64,000 nucleotides of DNA. Origin: Nitrospirota bacterium (lineage in GTDB: Bacteria; Nitrospirota; Thermodesulfovibrionia; Thermodesulfovibrionales; JdFR-86). The notes beneath the pieces were generated by a model. The model did not search any database and had not been told where the DNA came from. It worked only from the letters and a program-made list of their open reading frames with translations. The translations under genes were made by a program, and so were the position numbers. Within the stretch, counting starts at the first letter, position 1; each line of letters begins with the position of its first letter. The stretch is taken from positions 591,837-655,836 of the forward strand of contig CAVRJY010000002.1 of NCBI GenBank assembly GCA_963721805.1, in the 5' to 3' direction. Of this stretch, positions 43,159 through 54,400 are shown piece after piece.

Positions 43159-43878
43159 ATGCCGCCTGAGGCCCGCCGCCCGATAGGGCTGATCTCGGCC
43201 GTCCCGTTTGAGTCCGCCAGGATTCGCGCCGCGATGAAGCGGACCAGCTCCCCGCGTGAAGGTTTCATGAAGGGCAGCCTCGACGGCAGGCCCTGCGTCC
43301 TCGTCTCCTGCGGCATAGGCTTGACGAACGCCGCCCACGCGGCCACGGTGATGATCGAACGGTTCGCTCCGTCGCATCTGGTGCTGTTCGGCATCGGTGG
43401 CGCCTATCACGGAAGCGGCCTCGGAGTGGGAGACCTCGCGGTCGCGACCGATGAGGTCTACGCGGATCTCGGCGTGATCGCCCCCGGCGGGTTTATGGAC
43501 CTAAGTGAGATGGGGTTTCCGTTGCTAAGTGCCGGACGAAAGAAATACTATAACGCCCTGCCTTTGGACAAGCCGCTGGTGCGGAAGGCCCGCGCCCTGG
43601 GCCGGATCAAGGCCGGGAGGTTCCTCACGGTCAGCGCTGTAAGCGGCACGCTTGCGCGGGCCACGGAGCTGACCCGGCTGTACGGCGGTGCGCTGTGCGA
43701 GAACATGGAGGGCGCCGCTGTCGCGCATGTCTGCGCGATTTACGGCGTGCCGGTGCTAGAGATACGCGCGATAAGCAACATGGTCGAGGACCGGGACCTG
43801 GGTGAATGGGATAAGGAAGGTGCGTCCGAGGCGGTACAGCTAGCGGTCATGGAGCTACTGCGGGATGGGTCCTTTTGA
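43159..43878 (+). CDS. mqnB: Futalosine hydrolase (PNP/UDP family)
   Basis: GIGLTNAA, FGIGGAY, YADLG, FLTVSAVSG, ENMEGAA and ISNMVEDRD motifs. Confidence 0.88.
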   Translation: MPPEARRPIGLISAVPFESARIRAAMKRTSSPREGFMKGSLDGRPCVLVSCGIGLTNAAHAATVMIERFAPSHLVLFGIGGAYHGSGLGVGDLAVATDEVYADLGVIAPGGFMDLSEMGFPLLSAGRKKYYNALPLDKPLVRKARALGRIKAGRFLTVSAVSGTLARATELTRLYGGALCENMEGAAVAHVCAIYGVPVLEIRAISNMVEDRDLGEWDKEGASEAVQLAVMELLRDGSF

Positions 43879-44910
43879 GGGTACGGCTTTTCCCGCGGCC
43901 TCGGCTTTCTTGACATACTCCTGAAGTGCGGTCCTGACCCTGTCCGGCATGTCGATGAACCTGACGCCGAACCCGATGCCCTGCTGGCTGTGGGCCACCT
44001 TCGCCGAGAGATCGATCAGGTGGGGGCCGAGTTCGAAGCTGACGTTCACGATGCTGTCAGACGATACGGTATGCCGGGTGTAGACATACATCCCGCTGTC
44101 GCTGAGGTCTATGGCCATGCCGCCAGCCTGATTGTTTATGTTTACGGGTATATCGACCCTGACGCGTACGGTCCGCCAGCCCCGGCGGTCCTTGGGCTTC
44201 ATCACCTCTATGCTCTCGAGAGAGTCGATCAGTTCGCGCAGCTTCTTGGGCGAGGTGTTCATGCGCGGCAGGAACATGTCGGCCTGGTGCTCCGAGACCT
44301 TCCTCATCAGGCTGGGCCGGTTGTTGTCCGATATGACGAGCACCGGGATCTCGCGGATGCCTGGCGTGGCCTTGATTACCTTGATAAGGTCGAAGCACTT
44401 CGAACTCTCGTCGCCGATCACCATGAGCAGGGCCACGATATGCTGCGTGTTGCGGATGTCCTCGATCGCCCTCTCCACGCTCCTGGCCTCGAGGACCGTG
44501 TAGCCGTTCCTGACCAGTTCGCTGACGTGCATGGTTACGTTTTCGCCAGCGATGTCCACGAAGATGACGCGCCGTTTCTCGACCGTCTCCTTCTGCGTGG
44601 CCAGCGGGCTTTTGTTGATGAACGCTGCGATTTTGGCGGCGATCTTCTCGTCGAGCCCAATGAACTTCAGCCCCATGCCGATCCCTGCCTTGCAGTGCTG
44701 GACGCGCGCCGAGACATTGAGGGTATCGAGCGCTATGGGAATGGCTATCTTCAGGACTGTGCCCGGCTTAAATGCCCGGTTGGTATGGACGAACATCCCG
44801 CCTACGCTTATGTCGACCGACTGGACTCCCCATACGCCGCCGTTTAAGAGGATGAGCTTCTTAAACGGTACGCGTACGTTTCGCTCGACTTGTGACCTCT
44901 GATCCGCCAT
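43855..44910 (-). CDS. PilZ - receiver-like - PilZ protein
   Basis: RNVR/DISVGG and RTVRVR/DLSDSG PilZ motifs flank a degenerate REC-like domain. Confidence 0.8.
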   Translation of the reverse strand: MADQRSQVERNVRVPFKKLILLNGGVWGVQSVDISVGGMFVHTNRAFKPGTVLKIAIPIALDTLNVSARVQHCKAGIGMGLKFIGLDEKIAAKIAAFINKSPLATQKETVEKRRVIFVDIAGENVTMHVSELVRNGYTVLEARSVERAIEDIRNTQHIVALLMVIGDESSKCFDLIKVIKATPGIREIPVLVISDNNRPSLMRKVSEHQADMFLPRMNTSPKKLRELIDSLESIEVMKPKDRRGWRTVRVRVDIPVNINNQAGGMAIDLSDSGMYVYTRHTVSSDSIVNVSFELGPHLIDLSAKVAHSQQGIGFGVRFIDMPDRVRTALQEYVKKAEAAGKAVPSKGPIPQ

Positions 44911-44929
44911 GTGGGTATTATACAGAATT

Positions 44930-45574
44930 TCAGGACAGTTTGCTAATTTTTTCGCAGTATCTCCGGGCGTTGCGGTCCATGTCGCCCTTCAGTATCGAGC
45001 TGGCCGCGGCCACTGCGCATGCGCCGCTTGAGATCACGTCCCGGAGCTTCCCGAGCCCTATGCCCCCGATGGCCACGACCGGCACGTTAACTTTCTTGAC
45101 GACCTTCTGCAGCATCTCGGTGCCTTTGGGCTTGCCGGCGTCCTTCGTCCTGGTGGGGAAAACCGGGCCGAAGCCGATGTAGTCGGCGCCGTCGTCGCAT
45201 GCCGCCATGGCTTCCTTGATGCTGTGAGTCGAGACCCCTATTATCCTGTCTCGGCCGACGACCTTGCGGGCCTCCGCGACCGGCAGGTCTTCCTGGCCCA
45301 GGTGGACGCCGTCGGCGCCGACGATGGCCGCGATGTCCGCGAAGTCGTTGACTATGAAGCATGCCTTGTACTTGCGGGTGAGCTCGCGGATCTTGAGGGC
45401 GTTTGCGAGGAATACCCGCCTGTCAGCGTTTTTTTCCCGGTACTGTATCCACCTGATGCCGGCCTGCAGTGCGGTCAATGCCATCTCGGCAGGGGTTAGG
45501 CGGCACAGGTTGCGGTCTGTTATCAGGCATATGCCGCCTTTGTACAGAACCCTGCGTGCCGCCGCTCCGCTCAT
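44930..45574 (-). CDS. thiE: Thiamine-phosphate synthase
   Basis: QYREK, VND, GVHLGQED, GVSTH, FPTRTK and VAIGGI motifs. Confidence 0.96.
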   Translation of the reverse strand: MSGAAARRVLYKGGICLITDRNLCRLTPAEMALTALQAGIRWIQYREKNADRRVFLANALKIRELTRKYKACFIVNDFADIAAIVGADGVHLGQEDLPVAEARKVVGRDRIIGVSTHSIKEAMAACDDGADYIGFGPVFPTRTKDAGKPKGTEMLQKVVKKVNVPVVAIGGIGLGKLRDVISSGACAVAAASSILKGDMDRNARRYCEKISKLS

Positions 45575-46944
45575 TGCGCGCCTTCCGCGGCCTCTTCGGC
45601 AGGGTCGTTTAGATGTTCCACGAAAGAGGTGTCGTATTTGCCGCGAAGGAAATCCTCGTTGCCCATAACCTTCAGATGAAACGGCACGGTGGTCTTGATG
45701 CCCTCGATCCTGAAATCGCTTAGCGCCCTGCGCATCCTGTCGATAGCCTCGGCGCGGTCACGGCCATGCACGATGAGCTTCGCCACGAGGGAGTCGTAAG
45801 TGGGCGGGATCACGCAGCCAGCGTATAAGGCGGTGTCGAGCCTCACTCCCGGGCCGCCAGGCGGGTAGTAGAACGTCACCTCGCCGGGCGAGGGGACGAA
45901 ACGCTCCGGGTCCTCGGCGTTGATCCTGCATTCGATCGCGTGGCCCGTGCGCTTGATAGAGTACTGCTTAAACCCAAGCTCGGCGCCGGCCGCGATCATT
46001 ATCTGCTGCTTTACGATGTCGATGCCGGTGATGGCCTCGGTAATCGGATGCTCGACCTGTATCCTCGTATTGATCTCCATGAAGTAGGGCTCGCCGTCGG
46101 AGGCAAGGGCGAACTCTATCGTCCCGGCATTGCGGTATTTGAATGCCTTTGCTGCCTTCACCCCCAGTTCGCATATGCGCTTGCGGAGCTTGTCGTTGAG
46201 CGAGGGGGAGGGGGCCTCCTCGATGAGTTTCTGGTGGCGGCGCTGTATCGAGCAGTCGCGCTCGCCCAGGTGCACGATGTTGCCCTTGCTGTCGGCCAGG
46301 ATCTGGACCTCGATATGGCGCAGCCCGGTCAGGTATTTTTCGATATAGAGTTCTTTGTTGCCGAACGCGGTCTCGGCCTCGCGCTGGGCCATGTGGAATG
46401 CATGTTTTAATGCCGATTCCTCCATGACGATCTTCATGCCCTTGCCGCCGCCGCCGTGCGCCGACTTGATCATCACCGGGTAGCCGATCTTCTTTGCGAC
46501 CTTGACGGCATCGTCCTCTTCGGATACCACGCCCTCGCTGCCGGGGATGACGGGCACGCCGTGTTTCTTCATGAGCTGCCGGGCCTTGGACTTGTCGCCT
46601 CCGTTGCGGATCGTCTCCGGCGACGGGCCGATGAACACGATCTGCGACTTGGCGCAGGACTCTGCGAACTGCGCGTTCTCGGCCAGGAACCCGTAGCCCG
46701 GGTGAATGGCGTTTGAGTCCGTGATCTCGGCCGCGGTGAGGATGGCGGGTATGCTCAGGTAGCTCTGGGACGAGGCCGCAGGCCCGATGCATATGGATTC
46801 GTCGGCGAGCTTTACGTGCATCGACTGCCTGTCGATGTCCGAATACACCGCGACGGTGCGTATGCCGAGCTCCCGGCAGGCGCGTATGATTCGGATCGCG
46901 ATCTCGCCGCGGTTTGCTATCAGGATCTTATTGAATTTATTCAT
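45571..46944 (-). CDS. accC: Acetyl-CoA carboxylase biotin carboxylase
   Basis: ILIANRGEIA, HPGYGFLAEN, GGGGKG, ERDCSIQRRHQK, EINTRIQVEH and RINAEDP motifs. Confidence 0.97.
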   Translation of the reverse strand: MNKFNKILIANRGEIAIRIIRACRELGIRTVAVYSDIDRQSMHVKLADESICIGPAASSQSYLSIPAILTAAEITDSNAIHPGYGFLAENAQFAESCAKSQIVFIGPSPETIRNGGDKSKARQLMKKHGVPVIPGSEGVVSEEDDAVKVAKKIGYPVMIKSAHGGGGKGMKIVMEESALKHAFHMAQREAETAFGNKELYIEKYLTGLRHIEVQILADSKGNIVHLGERDCSIQRRHQKLIEEAPSPSLNDKLRKRICELGVKAAKAFKYRNAGTIEFALASDGEPYFMEINTRIQVEHPITEAITGIDIVKQQIMIAAGAELGFKQYSIKRTGHAIECRINAEDPERFVPSPGEVTFYYPPGGPGVRLDTALYAGCVIPPTYDSLVAKLIVHGRDRAEAIDRMRRALSDFRIEGIKTTVPFHLKVMGNEDFLRGKYDTSFVEHLNDPAEEAAEGAQ

Positions 46945-46951
46945 GCCGTCC

Positions 46952-47410
<459 letters not shown>

Positions 47411-47411
47411 C

Positions 47412-47972
47412 TTATTTCACCCTTTCGATGTACTCCGAGGTGCGAGTGTCGATCTTCAGTACGTCGCCGACGTTGATATGAAACGGCACCCTGACCACGC
47501 AGCCGGTCTCGAGCGTGGCGGGCTTTCCGCTGCCCGAGGCGGTATCGCCCTTGAAGCCGGGCTCGGTCTCGACGACCGCGAGCTCCACGAACATCGGGGC
47601 CTCGATCGCGATCGGCCTCTCCCTGAAATAGAGGATCTTCACGTTGCTGTTTTCCTTGACGAACTGCTTTGCATCGCCGAACTGCTCCTTGGAGAGCGGC
47701 ACCTGCTCGTAGTTCTCGGTGTCCATGAAGTAATAGAGGCCGTCCTGCTCGTAGAGGTACTGCATCTCCTTCTCTTCGAGGTTCGGCGAATCGAACTTCT
47801 CGCCCGAGCGGAACGTGTCTTCGAGCACATTGCCCGTGATGAGGTTGCGGTACTTGGTGCGCACTATCGCGCCCCCGCGTCCCATCTTCACGTGCTGGAA
47901 ATCTATGATCTCGCAGGGCTCGTCCTTTAGGACGATCTTTCCGCCCTTCCTGAAATCCGCGGTTGAAATCAA
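47412..47972 (-). CDS. efp: Elongation factor P
   Basis: HVKMGRGGA loop, FMDTENYEQ, PGFKGDT and KPATLETG; TTG start with GGAGG. Confidence 0.97.
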   Translation of the reverse strand: MISTADFRKGGKIVLKDEPCEIIDFQHVKMGRGGAIVRTKYRNLITGNVLEDTFRSGEKFDSPNLEEKEMQYLYEQDGLYYFMDTENYEQVPLSKEQFGDAKQFVKENSNVKILYFRERPIAIEAPMFVELAVVETEPGFKGDTASGSGKPATLETGCVVRVPFHINVGDVLKIDTRTSEYIERVK

Positions 47973-47988
47973 ACAAACACCTCCGTAG

Positions 47989-49059
47989 TTAAATTATCTC
48001 AAGCTTTTTGGGAAGCGACGTAAGCACCTCGCCCCCCTTTACGCCGGTTACGGCTATCATGTCCTCTATCCTGACACCCCCGAGCCCCGGCAGGTAGATG
48101 CCCGGCTCGACCGTAAATATCATGCCCTTGCTCAGCAGAGTCCGCTCCTTCGAGCCTATGCGCGGGGCCTCGTGGACCTCGCGACCAATGCCGTGGCCCA
48201 AGCCGTGGCCGAAATATTCGCCAAACCCGCCCCGCTTTATCACATTGCGCGCCGCGGCATCGACCAGGCGGGCCTCGCGTCCGGCCCTGACCGTCTCAAG
48301 CCCCTTGACGTTGGCCTCGAGGACGAGCGCGTAAATCTCCTTCTTCTTTGCTATCTCGGTCCCGCCCTTGATGAGCACCGTGCGGGTCATGTCCGAGTAG
48401 TAGCCCCCGGCCTCGCCGCCCCAGTCGATCATGACCAGGTCCCCGGCCCCGAGCTTGCGGTCCGATACCCCGGCATGGGGCTTCGCGGAGTTCGGCCCCG
48501 ATGCCACTATTATATCAAAAGCGGGCCTCCGGCAGCCTCTATTTAGCATTGCTTCGCCCAGCCTCCGGCTGATCTGGAGCTCGGTGCTGCCGGGCCTGAT
48601 GAAGTGTTTAATGTCTTTAAACGCCCCCTCGGCCCTGAGCGTGGCCTCACGGATCAGTGCGAATTCGGCAGCGTCCTTCACGGATCTCAGCCCCTCGACC
48701 AGAGGTTTGCTGATCCTGGTATCTACGAACCGCGAGACCGCTTCTCTGGATTCGCTCGAAAGAGAGCCCTCTACCAAGACCCTGCCGATACCCAGGCGTC
48801 GCACCAGCGAGCGCATCTCCTTAGGCATCCTGCGGTTGGTCACGAGCACGTCCCAGCCCTCATTGACCTCAAGGGCCGCCTGCTCCTTGTACCGGAAGTC
48901 CGTAACGAACACCCCGGCAGTTTTCGTAACCAGGACGAACCCTGAAGAGCCGGTAAAGCCGGTCAGGTAGCGGACGTTATTGATATTCGTGACGAGCAGG
49001 GCGTCCGCGCCCCGCACCCCGGACATGAGGCTCTGGAGCCCCGTGATGTTAGTTGGCAA
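47989..49059 (-). CDS. Xaa-Pro aminopeptidase (M24)
   Basis: [30 protein letters not shown] and EPGIY...GVRIED motifs. Confidence 0.95.
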   Translation of the reverse strand: MPTNITGLQSLMSGVRGADALLVTNINNVRYLTGFTGSSGFVLVTKTAGVFVTDFRYKEQAALEVNEGWDVLVTNRRMPKEMRSLVRRLGIGRVLVEGSLSSESREAVSRFVDTRISKPLVEGLRSVKDAAEFALIREATLRAEGAFKDIKHFIRPGSTELQISRRLGEAMLNRGCRRPAFDIIVASGPNSAKPHAGVSDRKLGAGDLVMIDWGGEAGGYYSDMTRTVLIKGGTEIAKKKEIYALVLEANVKGLETVRAGREARLVDAAARNVIKRGGFGEYFGHGLGHGIGREVHEAPRIGSKERTLLSKGMIFTVEPGIYLPGLGGVRIEDMIAVTGVKGGEVLTSLPKKLEII

Positions 49060-49489
49060 GCTGTGCCTTCGCGGCCCTGAGCGCGAGGTAGTAGCCCTCT
49101 GCCCCGAAACCGCTTATCTGCCCGACAGCGACCCCGGCCACGTAAGAGTGGCGGCGGAACTCCTCGCGCTTGTGGATGTTGCTCAGGTGCACCTCGATCA
49201 CGGGCTTTCCCACCGCAAGGATGGCGTCCCTGATCGCGATGCTCGTATGGGTGTATGCCGCGGGGTTGATGATCAGGAGGTCGAAGTCGGCCCGCTGGAT
49301 GCGGCCTACGATCTCGCCCTCGGAGTTCGACTGCTCTGTGCTAACGCTCAGGCCAAGCTCCTTGCCGAGCTTTTTCAGGCCCGCGTCTATATCCTTGAGC
49401 GTCAGGCTGCCGTATACCTCAGGCTCCCGCGTGCCGAGCATGTTGAGATTCGGCCCGTGGATTACGAGCACCCCATGCGCATTTTTCAT
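49049..49489 (-). CDS. aroQ: Type II 3-dehydroquinate dehydratase
   Basis: [26 protein letters not shown] and EVHLSN motifs. Confidence 0.97.
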   Translation of the reverse strand: MKNAHGVLVIHGPNLNMLGTREPEVYGSLTLKDIDAGLKKLGKELGLSVSTEQSNSEGEIVGRIQRADFDLLIINPAAYTHTSIAIRDAILAVGKPVIEVHLSNIHKREEFRRHSYVAGVAVGQISGFGAEGYYLALRAAKAQLAN

Positions 49490-49518
49490 GCAGCGTCCCT
49501 CCCCCCGATATAAACCGG

Positions 49519-49722
49519 TTAGCCGGCTATCTTGTATCCGGCCTTTGTGATCGCCTGCTCGATAGCGGCCTTAGTGAGCTTCGCGTCGTCGAACTCTACC
49601 ACCGCGGAGCCTACCGCGACCTCCGTGCTTTTGACGCCCGCGAGGCCTTCAATCGACTTCTTGACGCGGCCCACGCAGTGCATGCAGCTCATTCCGTCTA
49701 TCTTTATGATAGCCTGTGCCAT
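49519..49722 (-). CDS. Heavy-metal-associated (CopZ-like) chaperone
   Basis: GMSCMHC and AGY; SD AGGAGG before ATG 49722. Confidence 0.92.
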   Translation of the reverse strand: MAQAIIKIDGMSCMHCVGRVKKSIEGLAGVKSTEVAVGSAVVEFDDAKLTKAAIEQAITKAGYKIAG

Positions 49723-49799
49723 ATATGGATAATACCTCCTGATATATTTGCAGTCCAATTTTATGCCATGGGGCGGGAGTAAATCAATGCGTGGAAATG

Positions 49800-49836
49800 A
49801 ACTGACAGGCGGGCATCGCTACCCGCCTGCCAGTTG
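49800..49836 (-). terminator. Hairpin downstream of small exported protein gene
   Basis: AACTGGCAGGCGGG-loop-CCCGCCTGTCAGTT. Confidence 0.6.
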
Positions 49837-49845
49837 AAATGCTGA

Positions 49846-50112
49846 TCAATAACCGCCGGCTGCCTTCTTCTTGCCCTCGACCTTGATCTCCTTGGCCGCG
49901 GTGCCTTCGTATGTCATCTTGACCTTGGCGCCGACCTTCACTATGCCTTCGACCTTGGTGTCTTTGCTGATCGTAGCGGTGACCTTGCCTACGGTGATGC
50001 TCTTGTTCATCTCGTATTTGGTTACATCGCCGGTGACGTCGGCCGCCATCGCGACCGCCGCAAACGCGATCACCATCACCATCGCTGCAAACACTGCGAA
50101 TACCTTCTTCAT
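49846..50112 (-). CDS. Small exported OB-fold-like protein (DUF5666/DUF1344-like)
   Basis: Signal peptide ending AMA; beta-rich TKVEG.VKVGAKVK; SD GGAGGAGG; promoter TTGATA-N17-TAAAAT. Confidence 0.75.
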   Translation of the reverse strand: MKKVFAVFAAMVMVIAFAAVAMAADVTGDVTKYEMNKSITVGKVTATISKDTKVEGIVKVGAKVKMTYEGTAAKEIKVEGKKKAAGGY

Positions 50113-50316
50113 CGTGTTTCACCTCCTCCCGTACTAAAATTGTAGTTTGATGATTTTAACAAACCGACGTGCTAATATCAATAGATTTCTGTCCGGGGAA
50201 AGTTGGCGGAATTTGTATATGAAATCCTTGAGAAAAATGCGTATGAGGGTGCTAGCCTGTGCCGTCCATGCCGAGGGCCGCTTCAATGGCCGCTCGGCAT
50301 GCGCATGGCCTCCGGC

Positions 50317-50679
50317 TCAATAATCGCTGCCCGGACCCTTGGGATTAGCGCCTATTGACTTGATGTACGCCACTATATCCATCATCTCGGCCGAGTCAGT
50401 CTTGATCGCCTTGCCGCCGTTAGCGCCCACTATGCAGATGTTCACGGCGTCCTCGAGTCTGTTGGCCTTCCTGCCGGATATCGTGAACTCCTTCTTCGTG
50501 CCCGCGTGCTCCAGGCCCTCGCCGTCCGTATGGCACGAGTTGCAGGATCTGCTGCCGCCAGCGAAGCCCGGATCATTAAAGAGCGCCTTGCCCTTCTCTG
50601 CGTTGCCGGACGCGAACGCGAACGAGACCGCCAGCATGCACAGCGCCATGAGCATCCCGAAAATCACTGTTTTTTTCAT
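50317..50679 (-). CDS. Monoheme cytochrome c (SoxA/TsdA-like domain)
   Basis: Signal peptide, CNSCH, LEDAVNICI...SAEMMDIVAY; promoter TTGCCA-N17-TAGAAT and SD GGAGGAGG. Confidence 0.85.
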   Translation of the reverse strand: MKKTVIFGMLMALCMLAVSFAFASGNAEKGKALFNDPGFAGGSRSCNSCHTDGEGLEHAGTKKEFTISGRKANRLEDAVNICIVGANGGKAIKTDSAEMMDIVAYIKSIGANPKGPGSDY

Positions 50680-50827
50680 GGTCGTATCTCACCTCCTCCG
50701 GGTGTTTAAGGGTCTATTCCCGATTCTATCAAAGACCGGGGCGGTTGGCAACGAAAAGTGCCCGGTTTGAAAGACAGCGCCCCTTTTAGATAAACTAAAA
50801 GATTAAAACCAGCGAAAAAGGCGGAAT

Positions 50828-53314
50828 ATGCAGGAATTCATAGTGATCAGGGGCGCGAGGGAACATAACCTCAAGAACGTCTCGCTCTCGATCCCCCGCA
50901 ACAGGATCACTGTAATCACCGGCCCCTCGGGCTCCGGGAAGTCCTCGCTGGCGATAGACACGATCTACGCCGAGGGCCAGCGGAGGTACGTCGAGAGCCT
51001 CTCGGCCTATGCGCGCCAGTTTCTGGAGCAGCTCAAAAAACCCGAGGTCGACTCGATCGAGGGCCTCTCGCCCTCCATAGCGATAGACCAGAAGACCGTC
51101 TCGCGGAGCCCGAGGTCGACCGTAGGGACGATCACCGAGATCTATGACTACATGCGCGTGCTCTACACCCGCATCGGGAAGCCCACCTGCCACAAGTGCG
51201 GCACCGCGATAGCCTCTCAGGACGCCGAGAGCATCATAGAGACAGTAATGGCACTGCCGAAGGGCAGCCGCATACAGGTGATGTCGCCGATAGTGCGCGA
51301 CCGCAAGGGCGAATACCGCAAGGAGCTTCTGGAGATGCGGGCCGAGGGCTTCGTCCGCGCGCGGATCGACGGAAAGATCGTCGACCTCACGCAGGACATA
51401 GTGCTAAAGAAGCAGAAACGCCACACGATAGAGATCATCGTAGACCGGCTGATCCTCAAGCCCACGATCACCCGGCAGCTGAGGGCCGCCATAGATATCG
51501 CGCTAAAGCACTCAGACACCGTGGTGATCAACCTCACGGACGAGGAGCGCGACCTCGTGCTGAGCCGCGCACTGGCATGCCCGGGCTGCGGCCTCGGATA
51601 CCCAGAGATCACTCCGCGCCTGTTTTCGTTTAACAGCAAGCTCGGCGCATGCCCTTCTTGCGAGGGGCTCGGCTACATATGGCCGGATGAGGACTCGGCC
51701 GAGGACGCGGTGCTCTGCAAGGCCTGCGGCGGGTTGAGGCTCAGGCCCGAGGCCCTGAGCATAAAGGTTGATGGCCTGAACATAGCTCAGTTCGCGGCGC
51801 TCAGCGTGGATGACGCGCTTGCGTACATCTTGGCGCTCAAGCTAGTCGAGCGCGAGGCCGTTATCGCGCGCAGGATACTCAAGGAGGTCACTGACCGCTT
51901 CACGTTTATAAAGGACGTCGGTCTCGGATACCTCACCCTGAGCCGCCCGGCGATCACGCTCTCCGGCGGGGAGGCGCAGCGCTTGCGGCTTGCCACTCAG
52001 CTCGGCTCGTCGCTTACAGGGGTGCTCTACGTGCTCGACGAGCCTAGTATCGGACTTCACCCGCGCGACTGCTCCCGGCTGCTTAAAAGCCTCGCGGCGA
52101 TCCGCGACCGGGGCAATACCGTAATCGTGGTTGAACACGACGAGGACACCATCCGGTGGGCCGACCATGTCGTGGACTTCGGGCCGGGTGCCGGATCGAG
52201 GGGAGGGTGGGTCGTCGCATCGGGCTCCCACGCCGAGATAGAGGCGGTGCCGGAATCCCTGACCGGACAGTTCTTAAGCGGCAAGCGCTCGATAGCAGTG
52301 CCGAAGAAGCGGCGCAGGCCAAAAGGGCACCTGACAGTGGTCGGGGCCGAGGAGTTCAACTTAAAGGGCATAGACGTCCGGATCCCGCTAGGGGTGCTCT
52401 GCTGCGTGACCGGCGTCTCGGGCTCGGGCAAGAGCACGCTCGTGATTGACACCCTGCTTAAGGGCCTCGAGCGCAAGCTCATGGGGGCCGAGATCAGGCC
52501 GGGCAGGTGCCAGGAGATCAAGGGCACCGCCCAGATTGACAAGGTGATATGCGTCGAGCAAAGCCCGCTGGGCCGCACCCCCAGATCAAACCCCGCGACC
52601 TACACCGGCATATTCACCCAGATCAGGGAGCTGTTCAGCCAGACGGCAGAGGCGAGGCTCAGGGGATATACCTCATCTCGCTTCAGCTTCAACGTATCGG
52701 GCGGCCGGTGCGAGGAATGCGGCGGCGACGGTCTCAAAAAGATCGAGATGCACTTCCTGCCGGATGTTTTCGTGCCGTGCGACACCTGCAAGGGCAAGCG
52801 CTATAACCGCGAGACGCTCGCGATCACCTATAAGGGCAAGGACATCTCCGACGTGCTGGATATGACCGTATCGGACGGCAGGGAGTTCTTCTCGGCGATA
52901 CCTCCGGTCAGGCAAAGGCTTGAGGTGCTCGAGGACGTGGGGCTAGGCTACATCCACCTCGGCCAGAGCGCACCTACGCTATCTGGGGGCGAGGCCCAGC
53001 GCATACGCCTCTCTCGCGAGCTTGCCCGGCGCTCCACCGGGCGGACGCTATATATCCTCGACGAGCCTACGACCGGGCTGCACTTCGTAGACGTCGAGCG
53101 TCTGTTGGGGGTGCTCAGCTCTCTCGTCGAGGCCGGAAACACCGTGCTCGTGATCGAGCATAACCTTGACGTAATAAAGTTCGCGGACTATATTATCGAC
53201 ATGGGCCCCGAGGGCGGGGATGCCGGGGGCCGAGTCGTGGCCGAGGGCACCCCGGAACACGTCAGCCGCGTGTCTGGCTCGCATACCGGGCAATTTCTTA
53301 AGGGAAAAGTCTAG
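50828..53314 (+). CDS. uvrA: Excinuclease ABC subunit A (short form)
   Basis: [25 protein letters not shown] x2, GVSGSGKST and zinc fingers. Confidence 0.97.
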   Translation: MQEFIVIRGAREHNLKNVSLSIPRNRITVITGPSGSGKSSLAIDTIYAEGQRRYVESLSAYARQFLEQLKKPEVDSIEGLSPSIAIDQKTVSRSPRSTVGTITEIYDYMRVLYTRIGKPTCHKCGTAIASQDAESIIETVMALPKGSRIQVMSPIVRDRKGEYRKELLEMRAEGFVRARIDGKIVDLTQDIVLKKQKRHTIEIIVDRLILKPTITRQLRAAIDIALKHSDTVVINLTDEERDLVLSRALACPGCGLGYPEITPRLFSFNSKLGACPSCEGLGYIWPDEDSAEDAVLCKACGGLRLRPEALSIKVDGLNIAQFAALSVDDALAYILALKLVEREAVIARRILKEVTDRFTFIKDVGLGYLTLSRPAITLSGGEAQRLRLATQLGSSLTGVLYVLDEPSIGLHPRDCSRLLKSLAAIRDRGNTVIVVEHDEDTIRWADHVVDFGPGAGSRGGWVVASGSHAEIEAVPESLTGQFLSGKRSIAVPKKRRRPKGHLTVVGAEEFNLKGIDVRIPLGVLCCVTGVSGSGKSTLVIDTLLKGLERKLMGAEIRPGRCQEIKGTAQIDKVICVEQSPLGRTPRSNPATYTGIFTQIRELFSQTAEARLRGYTSSRFSFNVSGGRCEECGGDGLKKIEMHFLPDVFVPCDTCKGKRYNRETLAITYKGKDISDVLDMTVSDGREFFSAIPPVRQRLEVLEDVGLGYIHLGQSAPTLSGGEAQRIRLSRELARRSTGRTLYILDEPTTGLHFVDVERLLGVLSSLVEAGNTVLVIEHNLDVIKFADYIIDMGPEGGDAGGRVVAEGTPEHVSRVSGSHTGQFLKGKV

Positions 53315-53331
53315 CTAATGGAGCTTATCAT

Positions 53332-54354
53332 ATGAAAAAAGCGTTATTTTTATTGCTCATGTTCCCGATCCTGTCTGCATTCGGAGGCGAGCCGGAACTT
53401 CATACCTTCCAAAAGACCACGATACTGATGGACACGCTTGTTGCTATCACGGTGGTGTCCGACGACGAGCAGAAGGCGAACGAGGCGATAGACGCGGCGT
53501 TCGATACCGTACGCGAGATAGAGCATGCGATCAGCTTCTGGACCAAGGACAGCGAGATAGCAGCGATGGGCAAGATGGCCGGGGTCGCGCCGGTAAAAGT
53601 CTCGCCTATCACTCTCGATCTCGTCGAGGCCTCCTTGATGATAGCCGGGAAGACCGGGGGAGGCTTCGACCCGACGGTCGGGACGCTCATGCGGCTATGG
53701 GACTTCAAGAAAGGCATTATGCCCACCGATGCACAGATCAGGGAGAAGCTGCCGGTTGTGGGCTACAAGATGGTCGAGGTCAATAAGTCCGCATCCACGG
53801 TCTACCTCAAGAAAAAGGGCATGGCCTTTGATACCGGCGGCATCGCGAAGGGCTTTGCCGCGGACCGCGCGGTCGAGACGCTGAAGGCGCACGGCATGAA
53901 GGGCGGGCTCGTGGCGGTAGGGGGCGATATCATGGCATTCGGCCGCAAGGCGGACAACACGGTATGGCGCGTGGGTATCCGGAATCCCCGGCCAAAGGGC
54001 AAGGACGATGACGTCATGGCCATCATAGATCTCGATAACTCTGGCATTTCGACCGCTGGCGACTACGAGCGGTTCATGATAAAAGACGGCAAACGTTACC
54101 ACCACATCATGGATCCGAAGACCGGACATCCGGCGGACAAGGGGTTCATAAGCGTATCGATCATCGCCCCTCACGACACGCTCTCGGACGGCTTCGATGA
54201 CGGCATATTCGTGCAAGGCCCCAAGGTCGGCATCGAGACGGTCAAGCGCGAGGGGCTCGGCTGCGTGGCAGTGCTCGACAACGGAACTGTCTACGTGACG
54301 GACGACATTCTGCACAATATAGAGTGGAAAAACGTGCCCGCTGTCTCGCCATAG
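53332..54354 (+). CDS. apbE: FAD:protein FMN transferase ApbE
   Basis: FDPTVG, GGIAKGFAAD, VGGD, STAGDYER and YHHIMDPKTG motifs. Confidence 0.95.
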   Translation: MKKALFLLLMFPILSAFGGEPELHTFQKTTILMDTLVAITVVSDDEQKANEAIDAAFDTVREIEHAISFWTKDSEIAAMGKMAGVAPVKVSPITLDLVEASLMIAGKTGGGFDPTVGTLMRLWDFKKGIMPTDAQIREKLPVVGYKMVEVNKSASTVYLKKKGMAFDTGGIAKGFAADRAVETLKAHGMKGGLVAVGGDIMAFGRKADNTVWRVGIRNPRPKGKDDDVMAIIDLDNSGISTAGDYERFMIKDGKRYHHIMDPKTGHPADKGFISVSIIAPHDTLSDGFDDGIFVQGPKVGIETVKREGLGCVAVLDNGTVYVTDDILHNIEWKNVPAVSP

Positions 54355-54400
54355 CCCCTTGCGCTATTGACTGGCCTTTCTTAAGTGGTTATAGTTATGC

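Noticed and set aside
49800..49848. Possible Sec read-through after GGY-TGA (and after SDY-TGA at 50317), each followed by a hairpin
   Set aside because: No Cys/redox context, and the hairpins look like ordinary terminators or 3' stabilisers.
50158..50176. sigma54-like TAGCACG...TTTGT on the minus strand
   Set aside because: The GG/GC dinucleotides and spacing do not fit; a sigma70 TTGATA-N17-TAAAAT explains the site.
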